From IMG/VR virus record IMGVR_UViG_3300014168_000008, positions 1 to 40,789 of that record: a DNA stretch of 40,789 bases, one strand, 5' to 3'. The translations under genes and the position numbers were made by a program. A model generated the notes under the pieces. That model saw nothing but the letters and a program-made list of their open reading frames with translations. It was not told the DNA's origin and ran no database searches. This DNA is from a virus (lineage: Duplodnaviria; Caudoviricetes). This document shows positions 15,971-25,674 of this stretch, piece after piece. Numbering within the stretch: the first letter of the stretch is position 1; the number at the start of each line of letters is the position of its first letter.

Positions 15971-17799
15971 TGCTCGGCCACCGTCGCGCCCTTATCGAGA
16001 TAGTGACGCATCTGCAGATAGGGCACGTCGCTCACTTCACCATTGGGAGCTTTGAGGCGCACGGTCAATCGCTGCGCATAGCCAGGGTCGAGAGCTGCTC
16101 GCGCTTCTTTCGCTTCGAGTCCGATCCCCGGCAGCGGAGCCTCATAGGCTGCGCTAGGCGCGGCATTCTTCCACTGCTGTTCGTACTGATCCATCTTGTC
16201 GCCCATCGACTTCGATTGTGTGCTGATGGCAGCCTGGCGCGTCCCCGGCAGCGTGGAAGTCAGCGTGCTTTTGATCGCCGCGATGCCGGGAACGGTCGAA
16301 TCCCCGTAGAACTTCGCGAGCTCCGTCGCCACGGTGTCCGCTTTGTTTTGGTAGGCATTGTAGGCCGGCGTTCCGGGTACGTGGCTGCCGACGGTGTTCA
16401 ACGCACGTAGTTCCTGCAGGTGCTTGAATGCGACGCCGCCGGAATTGAGCGCCGTCGAAGTTTTACCGGAGGTGAAATCCTCGTAAGTCTTGAGATAGCT
16501 CTGCACTTTGTTGCCGTCGAACCCTGGATATTTCTGGGTCACAGCTTCGAGCAGTTGCGGATTCTTCGAGAGCATGCGGGAGAGGGTTGCGAGCTGAGCC
16601 CGGCCCTGGCCGATCAGGTCGACAGTGCCTTGGTCGTTCTCGCCGCCCGCTGCAGCGGCTTCGGCCCTGTCCTTGCCCGCCTCCGCGTAATTTTTGGCTG
16701 CTTCGCTCGGCTTCACTGCTGCGGTAGCGCGCGCCTCGGCCGCTTCGGCATTGGTTTTTCCCGGCTCAGCCTGTTTCGCGGCCACGTCGGCCGCTTTGAG
16801 CGCGTAATCCTGCGACGCGGTGCCGGCTGCCATTTCGTAAGAATTGATTTTCGATTTCGGCGTCCACTCCGTGGTCTTCTGCTCCTCCAGGCCGCCTTTC
16901 CCGCCGTTCAAAATCGGATTGAAGACATGGAACACCGTGCCCGGCGGGGTGGTCTCTTCGCCCCATCCCTGCGGCATGCGATAGATTTCGAAACCGTTCG
17001 CTTTGCCGTTTTCGTCATACTGTTGCACTGGCTGGAAAACGTCGTGCTGGGCCTGGTCGTCGTGGAATCCAGGCGTATCGCGCATGAGCTTGGTCAGGTC
17101 GGTTAGTTGCGAGACACGGCCCATCGGTCTGCCTCCATCGCCTTCTAGCTCCTTGCCGCGCTTTTCCGAAAATTCGATATCTTCCTGCGCCGCCTTGACC
17201 TGGAGACGCGTCATCGCGAAAGCGTTCGCCGCCATCTGATGTTTGAGCGCCTGCGAATTGGCGACGGCGAGCTGCTGGTTTTTGTAGTCTTCTTCCTTCT
17301 GTCCCTGCGCCTTGTCCCCGGCCTCTATGCCGGCCTCCAGGGCTTTGCCCTGGTTGCCTGCCCCTTTCCCCGCCGCCATCCCGGCCGCGGCGCCCCTGAG
17401 TCCTTCTACGGCGATCCTGAGCCACTGCTGGCCGCGGGTTGGTGTCTCGTGCTGCAGGTAGAGCGTTCCGTCCGGTTCCTTGCGCACGCGGCTGGTGTCG
17501 GTCCCAGCCATCGAGTCGAGCATTTTATCGACGAAGCCGCGCAAGCCGCCAGGGCGCACCGGCTGCGCGGTCGGCGGCGGCGCCGCTACCGGCTGCGCGG
17601 TGGCGTTTTTCGGCGGAGCTGCCGGCGGCGGCGCTGCGGTCATCGGCTGGCTGGCACCCGTCGCGGCGTCAGACCAGTTTGGCCCCGCGCTTGGCTGCTG
17701 CCCTGGCGTCGATGCACCATTCCCGCCGCCCGCCGCTGGCTGCGCTGGCGGAGCTGCTGCCGGTGTCTGCTGCGTGGGATCCGCTGTGGCGCTGTCCAT
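15967..17799 (-). CDS. internal virion/DNA ejection protein
   Basis: start ATG17799 (GAGGG RBS); Pro/Ala-rich N-terminus, helical Ala/Gln-rich body. Confidence 0.7.
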   Translation of the reverse strand: MDSATADPTQQTPAAAPPAQPAAGGGNGASTPGQQPSAGPNWSDAATGASQPMTAAPPPAAPPKNATAQPVAAPPPTAQPVRPGGLRGFVDKMLDSMAGTDTSRVRKEPDGTLYLQHETPTRGQQWLRIAVEGLRGAAAGMAAGKGAGNQGKALEAGIEAGDKAQGQKEEDYKNQQLAVANSQALKHQMAANAFAMTRLQVKAAQEDIEFSEKRGKELEGDGGRPMGRVSQLTDLTKLMRDTPGFHDDQAQHDVFQPVQQYDENGKANGFEIYRMPQGWGEETTPPGTVFHVFNPILNGGKGGLEEQKTTEWTPKSKINSYEMAAGTASQDYALKAADVAAKQAEPGKTNAEAAEARATAAVKPSEAAKNYAEAGKDRAEAAAAGGENDQGTVDLIGQGRAQLATLSRMLSKNPQLLEAVTQKYPGFDGNKVQSYLKTYEDFTSGKTSTALNSGGVAFKHLQELRALNTVGSHVPGTPAYNAYQNKADTVATELAKFYGDSTVPGIAAIKSTLTSTLPGTRQAAISTQSKSMGDKMDQYEQQWKNAAPSAAYEAPLPGIGLEAKEARAALDPGYAQRLTVRLKAPNGEVSDVPYLQMRHYLDKGATVAEQ

Positions 17800-17848
17800 T
17801 CTCACCCTCTTAAAACCCGATAACAATCGGGTAACAATGCCATTCTTA

Positions 17849-18469
17849 TCAGCCAAAGATATCGCCAGGGTTTTCGCTGATGACCGACGAACCGGTCGAC
17901 CCGACTGCGCCCATCGCGGCGCTGTACCAGGAGTTATTTTCCGAGGCGATCTGGTTGGCGACGGTCCCGGTGGCGTTCGCCTGGCTGGTTGCGCCTTCCT
18001 CGTAGCCGAGAGGATTTTCGCCCGAGGCGACTGCCATAAGTCCCGATTCGGCGTTTTGAAAGTTCTCGCGGCCGGTGGCGTAATTCTGCTCCTGGATCTG
18101 CGTCTCTTCGCTGCTCTCCTGGTTGGCGGCCGATTGTGCGACTTCCTCTTTGAGTTCGGTCTGCCCGCCTGTCGAAAGTGGCGTGTTTCCTCCGCCCTCG
18201 GCGCCGATCTGCTCATTCACCGCTTTCGCGGCGCCGGCGTAGTTCTCGGCGGTTCCTTCGACGGCCTGCGAGTCGAGCGTGTTTTCCTCGGCCGTTGAAA
18301 ATCCCTGCTGATTCGGGCCTTTGTTGAAAATCGGGGTCAAAACGGAGGTGATGCCATTAAAGAGACCTTGCTGGTTGGCATATTGCTGCTGGAAAGCGGA
18401 GTTGTAGTCCTTCAGGGTCTGCATGTCCTCCGCCTGGAGGTTATTCTGTGTCGAAGTCGCGCCGCACAC
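17849..18469 (-). CDS. small ejection protein (position and MC- start as in T7 gp14)
   Basis: GGGAGGG RBS, GTG start; MCG N-terminus; Gln/Asn/Ala-rich. Confidence 0.65.
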   Translation of the reverse strand: MCGATSTQNNLQAEDMQTLKDYNSAFQQQYANQQGLFNGITSVLTPIFNKGPNQQGFSTAEENTLDSQAVEGTAENYAGAAKAVNEQIGAEGGGNTPLSTGGQTELKEEVAQSAANQESSEETQIQEQNYATGRENFQNAESGLMAVASGENPLGYEEGATSQANATGTVANQIASENNSWYSAAMGAVGSTGSSVISENPGDIFG

Positions 18470-18487
18470 GATGGATACCCTCCCATT

Positions 18488-18973
18488 TCATTTCCGGCCA
18501 GCCGTCGATAGCTCCAGCCGCTTTCTTAGCTGGCCGCGCTCCTCGGTAAATCCCATGCGCTTTGTGGTGAATGCTACCAACCCCGGAGAAGTGCTGTCGA
18601 AATAAATCTCGCTCGCCCCCGCGCCGATCAAAATCAGCTCCAGCCAGGGGCACCCTTTGAGCAGCGCCTGGCCGATCCGCGTGTGATCGTGCGAAGTCGA
18701 CGCCGGCATGAATTGCATGTGCAGCTCGGCGTGTCTTTCGTCGGACGGGTAGGCATGCCAGATGATGATCTTGAAAAACATCACCGGACCGAAGCTGTCG
18801 GAAACCAGGTAGCTGTCGCGCGATTCGTCCTGCTCCAGCCAAAAGCGCGGATCGACGCATCCGGCGTGGTCCTTATCCTGTGCCGTCCACTCTTCGGCCA
18901 GGCCTCGGTGCGCGAAGCTGGCCGGTTCGAGTACATAGCCGGGATCGAATCGAAGCGTCCTCGTCGCCGTCAT
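18488..18973 (-). CDS. GNAT-fold-like protein (position as T7 gp13)
   Basis: ELHMQF..IGQALL..IYFDSTSPGLVAF..RMGF pattern; between nozzle and ejection genes. Confidence 0.55.
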   Translation of the reverse strand: MTATRTLRFDPGYVLEPASFAHRGLAEEWTAQDKDHAGCVDPRFWLEQDESRDSYLVSDSFGPVMFFKIIIWHAYPSDERHAELHMQFMPASTSHDHTRIGQALLKGCPWLELILIGAGASEIYFDSTSPGLVAFTTKRMGFTEERGQLRKRLELSTAGRK

Positions 18974-19128
18974 CGCGCGCCTTTCAGGGGCTGGCTCACC
19001 GCGTGCCATCTGCATCGCATTGCCGCGAGCTTAGGAACATGTCGGAGCAATCGACATACCGGCATGAATTCCGGTGTCCACTCGCACGCCCCTAAAACGC
19101 GAGTTGTTCCACGGTAAGCCATGCTCAT
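18970..19128 (-). CDS. possible small ORF (52 aa)
   Basis: fills the gap; ATGA overlap with the GNAT-like gene. Confidence 0.3.
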   Translation of the reverse strand: MSMAYRGTTRVLGACEWTPEFMPVCRLLRHVPKLAAMRCRWHAVSQPLKGAR

Positions 19129-19135
19129 AAGAGTC

Positions 19136-22084
19136 TCACCCCGCGGTTGCCGCCAGTTTCAATTCGTCTTTCTTGCCCAAAATCTGGAAGTCGAGCAGCT
19201 CGTCGGCGAAGGCCTGCGTCCCATAGTCGAATTTGAGCGAGACGCAATCCCCTTTCAGCGTGAAGCTGTTTTGCAGGCAATCGTACTTGTCTGAGTAGGC
19301 TGTCGTCGATGGCTGCAGAATCGGCGGATCCTGCGAAGTCGGCTGCAGAATCGCAAACGGGAGCGCCTGCGTCGGCTGGATCTCATCCATCAACACTCCG
19401 ATCGTCGGCCGCTTACCGACCGCGGTGCTCTTGGTTGCGACCCACGCGAGCTCCGCCGTCTGGCCCGTCGTGCAAAGCAGGATGACGCCCTTGACGTCCC
19501 ATGCCGGATAGGCCGCGCTGCTGGCTCCGTTCGGCGCTTCATCGGTAAAAACTGCTCCCGTGGTGTCGCGCATGCGGATGACTCCGCCGCCGCTCGGCGG
19601 TCCGATCAGCACTTGAAACACGCCCGGCGAAACCTCGATCGATTGCACCGCCGATGTGCCGCCATTGATGGCCGCCCGCGGGCTCCAGAGCAATCCGCTC
19701 TCCGGCGGTGCGGCATTCGACATGCGCCGCCATCCGACGGCCCCGTCGGCAACGTACATCGCCGTGTCCGTGGTGTTCGCGATGTTCCACGAAATGAAAG
19801 TCCCGCTCTGCGTGTAGAGCGATGCGGAGATGCCGCCCGTCGTCGTCTTGATGAACTGATCGCCAACTGGGAAACCGACTTCGGTGTAGCCGCTCTGCGG
19901 ATTGAACGGATACTGAATCGCAATCGAGCTGACTTTCAAGTTCGATTCCATCAGGTAATGCGCTGTGCCGAGGGTGTCGAGCGCATCGTAGCCGGCGAGA
20001 AACACTTTGTCGTAGTAGGTCGTCGCGTAGAAGGGATTCGCCGATGTGCCCGTTCCCAGGATGATTTCGATGCCGGCGGTCGTATAGACGAGCAAACCTC
20101 CGTTTTCAACCGTCACCGCGACCATGCGGATGGGCACGCCCTGAAAGCCGATCGCGTTCAAGGGCGGGAAAGCGGTGTTGCCATTGCCTACAACCGTGTC
20201 CGGCCCTCCGGAGTAGACGACGCTGTTGCCGAGGATCATCCACACCCGGTTGAGGTGATACACGGGAGCGGTCGACTGCAGCGCCGGCGGCGCGTTCGAA
20301 AGCGCAACCGGCGCCGCGATCAAAGCATCGAGCGCGCCGTTGCCGTTTGTCGATGTGTCGGTGATGCCGAGTTCGTCGTAAACGAGAAACGAATAATCGT
20401 CAGCCGGCCGCGTCCCGGTGTGATTCTGGAAATTATCGATCGGGACCTGGTCCTCGAGGATGAGCGTCGCCTGACCCTGCGCGGTGCGCCAGATCCACAC
20501 CTGGTCGGTCTGATCGAGATTCGGGCTTTCGACAAGGATGCACTGCAGCGCAAAATAATCGAGCGGCGAATCCGCCGCTGCGTTCATCGGTCCGAGAATC
20601 GGGCCGTTGACAACTGCCAAGGGCGAAGCCGTTGAAACGCTGCCGTCGACGCCATGCGTCGAGAACGCATATCGAATGGTCGCCGTCGTGAGGATCGTCC
20701 CTGGCCCCAAGCAAGTCCACGTCAGGCCGCCATCGGTTGTCGTCACGCCTGCCGTCGTCGCCCACGTCGGCACGGTCGCCCCGCTGGTTCCTCCGCTGCC
20801 ATTGGTGACCCTTTGGAGGTTGCCGTTTGAGTCGAGGATGACGCAGGTTCCGGTCCCGCCGGTCGCGCCGGAAGGGTAGAGATAAAAAACCGTCAATGGG
20901 GTCCACGCACCGGGCACGCCGAGATTCAGCCATTGGGTGCCGCCGTCCGATGTGATGCCCACGGAAGTTGTCGAGATCGCGGCCCACGTCGGATAAGCCC
21001 GGCCGGTAAGGGTTGCGCCCACCGAAGGAATTTCGATATTCCCGTTGCTGTCGAGGATGGCGTAATAAGCGGTCACGGTAAAATTCGGTTGCCACCATCT
21101 GGTCCCGTTCGCTGCCGTGAGGATCGGGGCTTTCGTCGGCGCCGGCAATCCCCACGCGATCACCGCCGGGCCATAGCATTTCCATTGCTGGCCGCCGTCC
21201 GCGGTCACTGCAAATTTTGTGGCGCTGAAAGTCGGAATGGTTGCGCCGGTGATTCCGGTTCCCGTCGTTCCCTGGCCCGGATCCGCCGTCTCGACGTACG
21301 CGCTCTGCGCCTGCGTCACGCGCAAAATGCCCAGTGTGGAAGAGACGACTGTCACCGGATAGGTGTTGTTGTTCAGCGATGTCGCGGTAGTGAAATCGGT
21401 GAACTTTACATTGACGCCCTGCAGATTCGCGAATTGGTCGGAAATGTCCTGCGGATCGAAGTAAATCCAGATATGCGTCCCGTCCGATGAAGTCGAAACC
21501 GCCGGCAGGGTGATTCCGCCGAGCGCCATCTGCAGATGGTAGGGCGAAGCGCCGGAATTGATGAGCTGCCCCGGCTGCGTGTTCGTCGAGGCTTGCCAGG
21601 TCTGATTCGGCGTGAGCCAAGCCTCAAGATCCACGCCATCGGTAAAAAACAATTCATTGGCGACGCCCAGAAAGCGGGTTTTCTGCGTCCCTGTTTTTGT
21701 AAATATATTTACTTTCCCGGCAGCCGTGCCGTCGTAAACATTGCCGTCCTGGCCGTCCATCATCACGCGGATCGTGCGCGCCAGGTTCTGAATGCACGAG
21801 AAACTATAGAAGCTCAACACCTGCGGAAATGTGTTGGTGTTGTAGACGCTCGAGCCTGGCCGGCGCACGTCGGTGAGGCGCATCGAGATCTCGCGATTGA
21901 TGCCGTCGATGATCGAATCGAAGCGCGACGCTGAATAAAATTTACTGTAGAGATACGGCACCGCAGCATCGCGGTAGGGGCTGCGCTGCGTCCACTCGCC
22001 CGTCATCTGGCGCGCGCCCATGCCGAGCGCGCCGAACGCTGTCGGCTGCTTCTCTACACCCGCTGCGTCAAACGGTCCGGGCAT
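19136..22084 (-). CDS. tail nozzle/stabilisation protein (tubular B / P22 gp10-like) with inserted repeats
   Basis: 982 aa, beta-rich; RRPG near N-terminus, propeller-like segments; three PT[WF]..T.DGG..W..[LY]G repeats; synteny. Confidence 0.7.
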   Translation of the reverse strand: MPGPFDAAGVEKQPTAFGALGMGARQMTGEWTQRSPYRDAAVPYLYSKFYSASRFDSIIDGINREISMRLTDVRRPGSSVYNTNTFPQVLSFYSFSCIQNLARTIRVMMDGQDGNVYDGTAAGKVNIFTKTGTQKTRFLGVANELFFTDGVDLEAWLTPNQTWQASTNTQPGQLINSGASPYHLQMALGGITLPAVSTSSDGTHIWIYFDPQDISDQFANLQGVNVKFTDFTTATSLNNNTYPVTVVSSTLGILRVTQAQSAYVETADPGQGTTGTGITGATIPTFSATKFAVTADGGQQWKCYGPAVIAWGLPAPTKAPILTAANGTRWWQPNFTVTAYYAILDSNGNIEIPSVGATLTGRAYPTWAAISTTSVGITSDGGTQWLNLGVPGAWTPLTVFYLYPSGATGGTGTCVILDSNGNLQRVTNGSGGTSGATVPTWATTAGVTTTDGGLTWTCLGPGTILTTATIRYAFSTHGVDGSVSTASPLAVVNGPILGPMNAAADSPLDYFALQCILVESPNLDQTDQVWIWRTAQGQATLILEDQVPIDNFQNHTGTRPADDYSFLVYDELGITDTSTNGNGALDALIAAPVALSNAPPALQSTAPVYHLNRVWMILGNSVVYSGGPDTVVGNGNTAFPPLNAIGFQGVPIRMVAVTVENGGLLVYTTAGIEIILGTGTSANPFYATTYYDKVFLAGYDALDTLGTAHYLMESNLKVSSIAIQYPFNPQSGYTEVGFPVGDQFIKTTTGGISASLYTQSGTFISWNIANTTDTAMYVADGAVGWRRMSNAAPPESGLLWSPRAAINGGTSAVQSIEVSPGVFQVLIGPPSGGGVIRMRDTTGAVFTDEAPNGASSAAYPAWDVKGVILLCTTGQTAELAWVATKSTAVGKRPTIGVLMDEIQPTQALPFAILQPTSQDPPILQPSTTAYSDKYDCLQNSFTLKGDCVSLKFDYGTQAFADELLDFQILGKKDELKLAATAG

Positions 22085-22265
22085 CGTCGCTTTCCTTTTT
22101 GCCGCAAATCACGTTCCTGCTCGCGCACATCGGGCACGACACTCTTTTGAAATTAGCCATGAGACTGAGCTGAAGAGGAAGGTAGAACGGGATGAATTCG
22201 TGGGAGCAATCGGCGCAATGCGCCCAGAATGGCTGCTTCGGCGGAAGATCTTTTCGATTAGTCAT
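22068..22265 (-). CDS. small zinc-ribbon protein
   Basis: ATGA coupling; CADC..CPMC. Confidence 0.6.
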   Translation of the reverse strand: MTNRKDLPPKQPFWAHCADCSHEFIPFYLPLQLSLMANFKRVSCPMCASRNVICGKKESDDARTV

Positions 22266-22969
22266 TTTGCTAACCCCGCAGCGCCCAGCTTCTGCAGCGC
22301 CTGGCTGTTGGCGAGCGTGTTCATGAAGCGATCCCACTCGCCTAAGAAGATTGCGATCGCCTGCACGCTCAGCCCGGTTTGTGCGCCCAGCAGTGCGGCG
22401 ACGCCTTCCTGCGACCATGCCTGCGTGCGCGGATCTCCGATGAGCTGGCCGGCCATGGCCAGATAGAGCCGCTGGAAGATGTAACCGAATTCATCCGGCA
22501 CCGGCCCGAACGTCGAGCCGTAACTGGTCATGATCGGCGCCTTCTTCTGGAAATCCATGAAGGCCGAATAATTCGCGTCCGGAACGGTGTTGGTGCGCAT
22601 GGTGATGTTGCCGGCGTTGTCATCGTACTGTGGCGCGACCAAAGTCGGCCGGTCTTGCGTTGCACTCTTGGGCAGCGCGATCGCGCCCTCAAGCGGCTGT
22701 ACGATTCCATTGCTATCGACGAGCCAATACACTTCCGGCCAAAGCAGGGTGGGAATCGAAACCGATGTGTCCGTGCCGCCGGCAGTCGAGATCGCCCATG
22801 TGGCATTGCTGCGGTTGAAACGCCAAACCATCGGCGGCCCGAGCATGCGCTGCAAAAGCAAATTGGCGAAGGTCAGGCCCGGCTCCATGTTCGACACATT
22901 GAGCGGCTGCTGATGGAGCACCGTCTGGATCCAGGTGATGACTTGCTGCAGGTTGACTGTAACGGCCAT
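22262..22969 (-). CDS. head-tail adaptor (tubular A-like), paralog 2
   Basis: WRFN, PVPDEF motifs; synteny. Confidence 0.65.
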   Translation of the reverse strand: MAVTVNLQQVITWIQTVLHQQPLNVSNMEPGLTFANLLLQRMLGPPMVWRFNRSNATWAISTAGGTDTSVSIPTLLWPEVYWLVDSNGIVQPLEGAIALPKSATQDRPTLVAPQYDDNAGNITMRTNTVPDANYSAFMDFQKKAPIMTSYGSTFGPVPDEFGYIFQRLYLAMAGQLIGDPRTQAWSQEGVAALLGAQTGLSVQAIAIFLGEWDRFMNTLANSQALQKLGAAGLAK

Positions 22970-22984
22970 GGATGCCCGTCCATT

Positions 22985-24004
22985 CTAATAAGGGTTGTCG
23001 GCCGTCCGGTAGCCCGCCGAATTCGGCCACACGTTCTCTACGGGGCTCGTGGCTGGAATCAGGCCATAGCTGTTGATTTCCTTGTCGCCCTGGCGCGCCG
23101 CCTGCAGCGTGGGCACGAGATAGGGCGGAAACTCTTCGGGATTTCTCGGCTGTCCGGCCTCCCACTCTTTTTTGTCGTTCATGTCGGGGCTGGCGCCGAG
23201 GCAGTGATACCGGAAGATGCGCCGGAAATGGCGAACATAGCTGTCGGGGATGGGATTGAGAAGCTGCCCGATCGTCTCGATCTTTGGCGGGTCCAATTGG
23301 TAAGTGGGCGCGATCTGATAAACCGGCCCGGTCGCATTCGGCAGCGGGTACACGCGAAAGCCCTGGCTGGTCGGCGAAACTACGGTCCAGGTGACCGATC
23401 CATCGGTGACCGTCACGCCCTCGGCCGCATCAACAGCCGCGAGCGGCGCGGTGCTGCCGGTGGTACCAAAGCCGGTCACGATGAGCAGATTCCCATTAGC
23501 GTCGATCATGCTCATGATCGGGTTTTCCATCACCGCGCCGCCGGTGATGAGCGGATAGAAAGTCACGTTGGCGCCTGGCCAAACGCCGAAACTAAGATTC
23601 TGGTTGTACATCCACTGGAGCTGCCAGCCTGGCGGCGGCGTGTAGCTTTCAAAAGAGGAGATCCGCGGCAGAGCCCGGCGCCAGGTCACGCGCCAGTTCG
23701 GTTTGGGAATCATGGTGTTATTGATGTCGGTCTGGGTGCAGTCCTCGCCCCATCCAATCACACCATTCGGCTGCGCGGGCTGCGGGTAATCCTGCTGCCA
23801 AGAGTTAGTCAGAAACGGCACAGCCAGGGCCGAATTCCATTTCCAGTTGAAACGGTCGCAGATCAAATCCGCCATCGCGTCGTTGGCGAGCTCCAGGGTC
23901 AGCGTTAGCCCGACGCCCGATGGTGCTTTCGACGGATCCTTCATCCCGCGGCCGACTAAGCCATCGAGCACCGAGCGCAGCGTGTATGTGGAATTTCCCG
24001 CCAT
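22985..24004 (-). CDS. head-tail adaptor (tubular A-like), paralog 1 with insertion
   Basis: LANDAM..FNWKWN, FRVYPLP, PIPDSY motifs; inserted TVTDGSVTW module. Confidence 0.7.
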   Translation of the reverse strand: MAGNSTYTLRSVLDGLVGRGMKDPSKAPSGVGLTLTLELANDAMADLICDRFNWKWNSALAVPFLTNSWQQDYPQPAQPNGVIGWGEDCTQTDINNTMIPKPNWRVTWRRALPRISSFESYTPPPGWQLQWMYNQNLSFGVWPGANVTFYPLITGGAVMENPIMSMIDANGNLLIVTGFGTTGSTAPLAAVDAAEGVTVTDGSVTWTVVSPTSQGFRVYPLPNATGPVYQIAPTYQLDPPKIETIGQLLNPIPDSYVRHFRRIFRYHCLGASPDMNDKKEWEAGQPRNPEEFPPYLVPTLQAARQGDKEINSYGLIPATSPVENVWPNSAGYRTADNPY

Positions 24005-24319
24005 CTAGGCTGCTTTTTCCTCGTAGTTGCGCAGCCATTCTTCTGCTTCGCGCAACCGATCGGCGACGAGTTCACGTTCGGTCTCGATACTGCAAAGTTG
24101 TTCGCGCAGCGATCCAATGTAGGCGGTTTGCTGCTTGATCCACTCATGGCGAGAGAGCGTGGAATGGGACCCCTTGAACATTGGCAGACAAATGTCTCCG
24201 AGTCCAGGCGTCCAGCCTTCAGGCATCAATTCGGCATAGCTTTCGTGTAATACCACAAACCCGATCTGCTGGCCACGGGATACCGTTTCCTGATTCTGTT
24301 CATGCTGATGCTTTGACAT
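24005..24319 (-). CDS. hypothetical protein (moron-like)
   Basis: AGGAG RBS before ATG24319; C-terminal coiled coil. Confidence 0.6.
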   Translation of the reverse strand: MSKHQHEQNQETVSRGQQIGFVVLHESYAELMPEGWTPGLGDICLPMFKGSHSTLSRHEWIKQQTAYIGSLREQLCSIETERELVADRLREAEEWLRNYEEKAA

Positions 24320-24397
24320 GGTTTGCTCCTGACAAAATAGCCAAGCGCGCACGGTGAAAGGGGAATCACTCCGAAACCCCGCGCGCGCCAGGCGTTG

Positions 24398-24661
24398 CTA
24401 CTTCCGCGTTGCGACGGGAGCAGCAGCTTTGGCCGGCTGCTCGCGCAGCAGCCCGGCATCGTCGAGTTTCCGCGTGAGATCCGCAACCGATCCCGAGCCG
24501 CCGCCGCGTTTCAGATCGCTCACATCTTTTTCGAGCGCCGTCAAGCGATCCTCGACCGTGACCGGTTTCGCGATCTCGGGCGCTGCGCCCTCGGTGAAGC
24601 CGGTCGGTTTCGGCACGCTGGCCACGGGGCGGATGCCGATATTGGGAAGCACTTGCGCCAT
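24398..24661 (-). CDS. hypothetical protein with short coiled coil
   Basis: GAGGA RBS; VEDRLTALEKDVSDLK. Confidence 0.7.
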   Translation of the reverse strand: MAQVLPNIGIRPVASVPKPTGFTEGAAPEIAKPVTVEDRLTALEKDVSDLKRGGGSGSVADLTRKLDDAGLLREQPAKAAAPVATRK

Positions 24662-24777
24662 TTCGGATTCCTCTTTTCTGATTGAACTGAATCGCGCGAG
24701 CCTCTGTGCAACTGGTCCGTTATTGTTAGGGATTATTCGGACTGTTCCGCTTCCCTCGGCCCGCGCGAACTTGCGGG

Positions 24778-24810
24778 AAAAAAGGGAAATGGCCGGAAAG
24801 CCACCTCCCT
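24778..24810 (-). terminator. intrinsic terminator
   Basis: - strand GGGAGGTGGC-TTTCCG-GCCATTTCCC-TTTTTT. Confidence 0.7.
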
Positions 24811-24823
24811 CCCTTCGGCGTTC

Positions 24824-25303
24824 TTAGCTCAGTCGCTGGATGGCGACGTCGGTCGCCGGAACGAACGGAGGCGGAGGCGTGCTCTGCGCAACCACGGTGA
24901 GCGTGTCGGTGTTGGTGACAGTCGAGCCGTCCTGGTTGGTGACCACCACGGTCAGTTCCAGGGTCGCACCAAGCGCCACAGCGGTGCTGAGAGTGAGGGT
25001 CGACGTCAGGCCGGTAGGATCGCTGCTGATAGGAGCGACCGAAGCGCCGGGATCGCCGGTCACACTCCATGCCACGTTAGCGGCAAGGAACGGGCCTGCG
25101 TTGACGGGTTGAAGCGAAGCCTGGAAAGTGGGCGAGTTACCGGGAGAGATGGTTTGCACGGGAGTAGTTCCAATCTGCGTGATGACCACGCTGGTTGCTG
25201 GTACGAAAGAGTCGTCCGGAAAGAGCTTGCGCTCAATCCGGCGGAGGAGATGGAGGATTGCTTCCAATAATTTAACGGTCTGTTCGTCAGTATGCGAGCT
25301 CAT
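24824..25303 (-). CDS. Ig-like domain virion protein
   Basis: GGAGGA RBS; beta-sandwich pattern (VAWSV..LTVVVTN.DG); FVPAT motif flanks the domain on both sides. Confidence 0.7.
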   Translation of the reverse strand: MSSHTDEQTVKLLEAILHLLRRIERKLFPDDSFVPATSVVITQIGTTPVQTISPGNSPTFQASLQPVNAGPFLAANVAWSVTGDPGASVAPISSDPTGLTSTLTLSTAVALGATLELTVVVTNQDGSTVTNTDTLTVVAQSTPPPPFVPATDVAIQRLS

Positions 25304-25371
25304 TTAATCCTCCGCCTCTAAGTCTCGGCTCGGCGCTGCAGAGGCCGATGGTCAATGTAGCACAGCCAAAA

Positions 25372-25674
25372 TCACTTGTGCTGAAACATTGCGAAATTCA
25401 GAATCTCGATCACAATTCCGATGATAGCCGCCGCCGCGCCCACCAAAGCAAATACTTCGGAGCGGGTCACATAGGTCTTCTGCGTGTCAGCCACCATGCC
25501 GCGCCATTCATTTGTGTTCTCAAACCTTTTCTGGGTCTCAGCCTTTGCTTCGTCGATGGCTTTCTGTGAAGACTGAAACCGTTGCTCGTATCGCTTGTCC
25601 CGCTCATCCATCAGGGCGATGACGTGGTCTTTGACCGTCTCGATGGTCCATTCCTGCTTCGTGAACTCCGTCAC
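25372..25674 (-). CDS. coiled-coil protein with C-terminal TM segment (XhlA/holin-like)
   Basis: DERDKRYEQRF coiled coil; VFALVGAAAAIIGIVIEILNF. Confidence 0.65.
   Translation of the reverse strand: MTEFTKQEWTIETVKDHVIALMDERDKRYEQRFQSSQKAIDEAKAETQKRFENTNEWRGMVADTQKTYVTRSEVFALVGAAAAIIGIVIEILNFAMFQHK

Noticed and set aside
20433-21620. 395-aa alternative-frame - strand ORF inside the nozzle gene
   Set aside because: Arg-rich off-frame product of GC-biased codon usage; no independent support.
22379-23908. 509-aa + strand ORF
   Set aside because: Antisense shadow of two adaptor genes; Arg-rich, no motifs, expected in GC-rich DNA.
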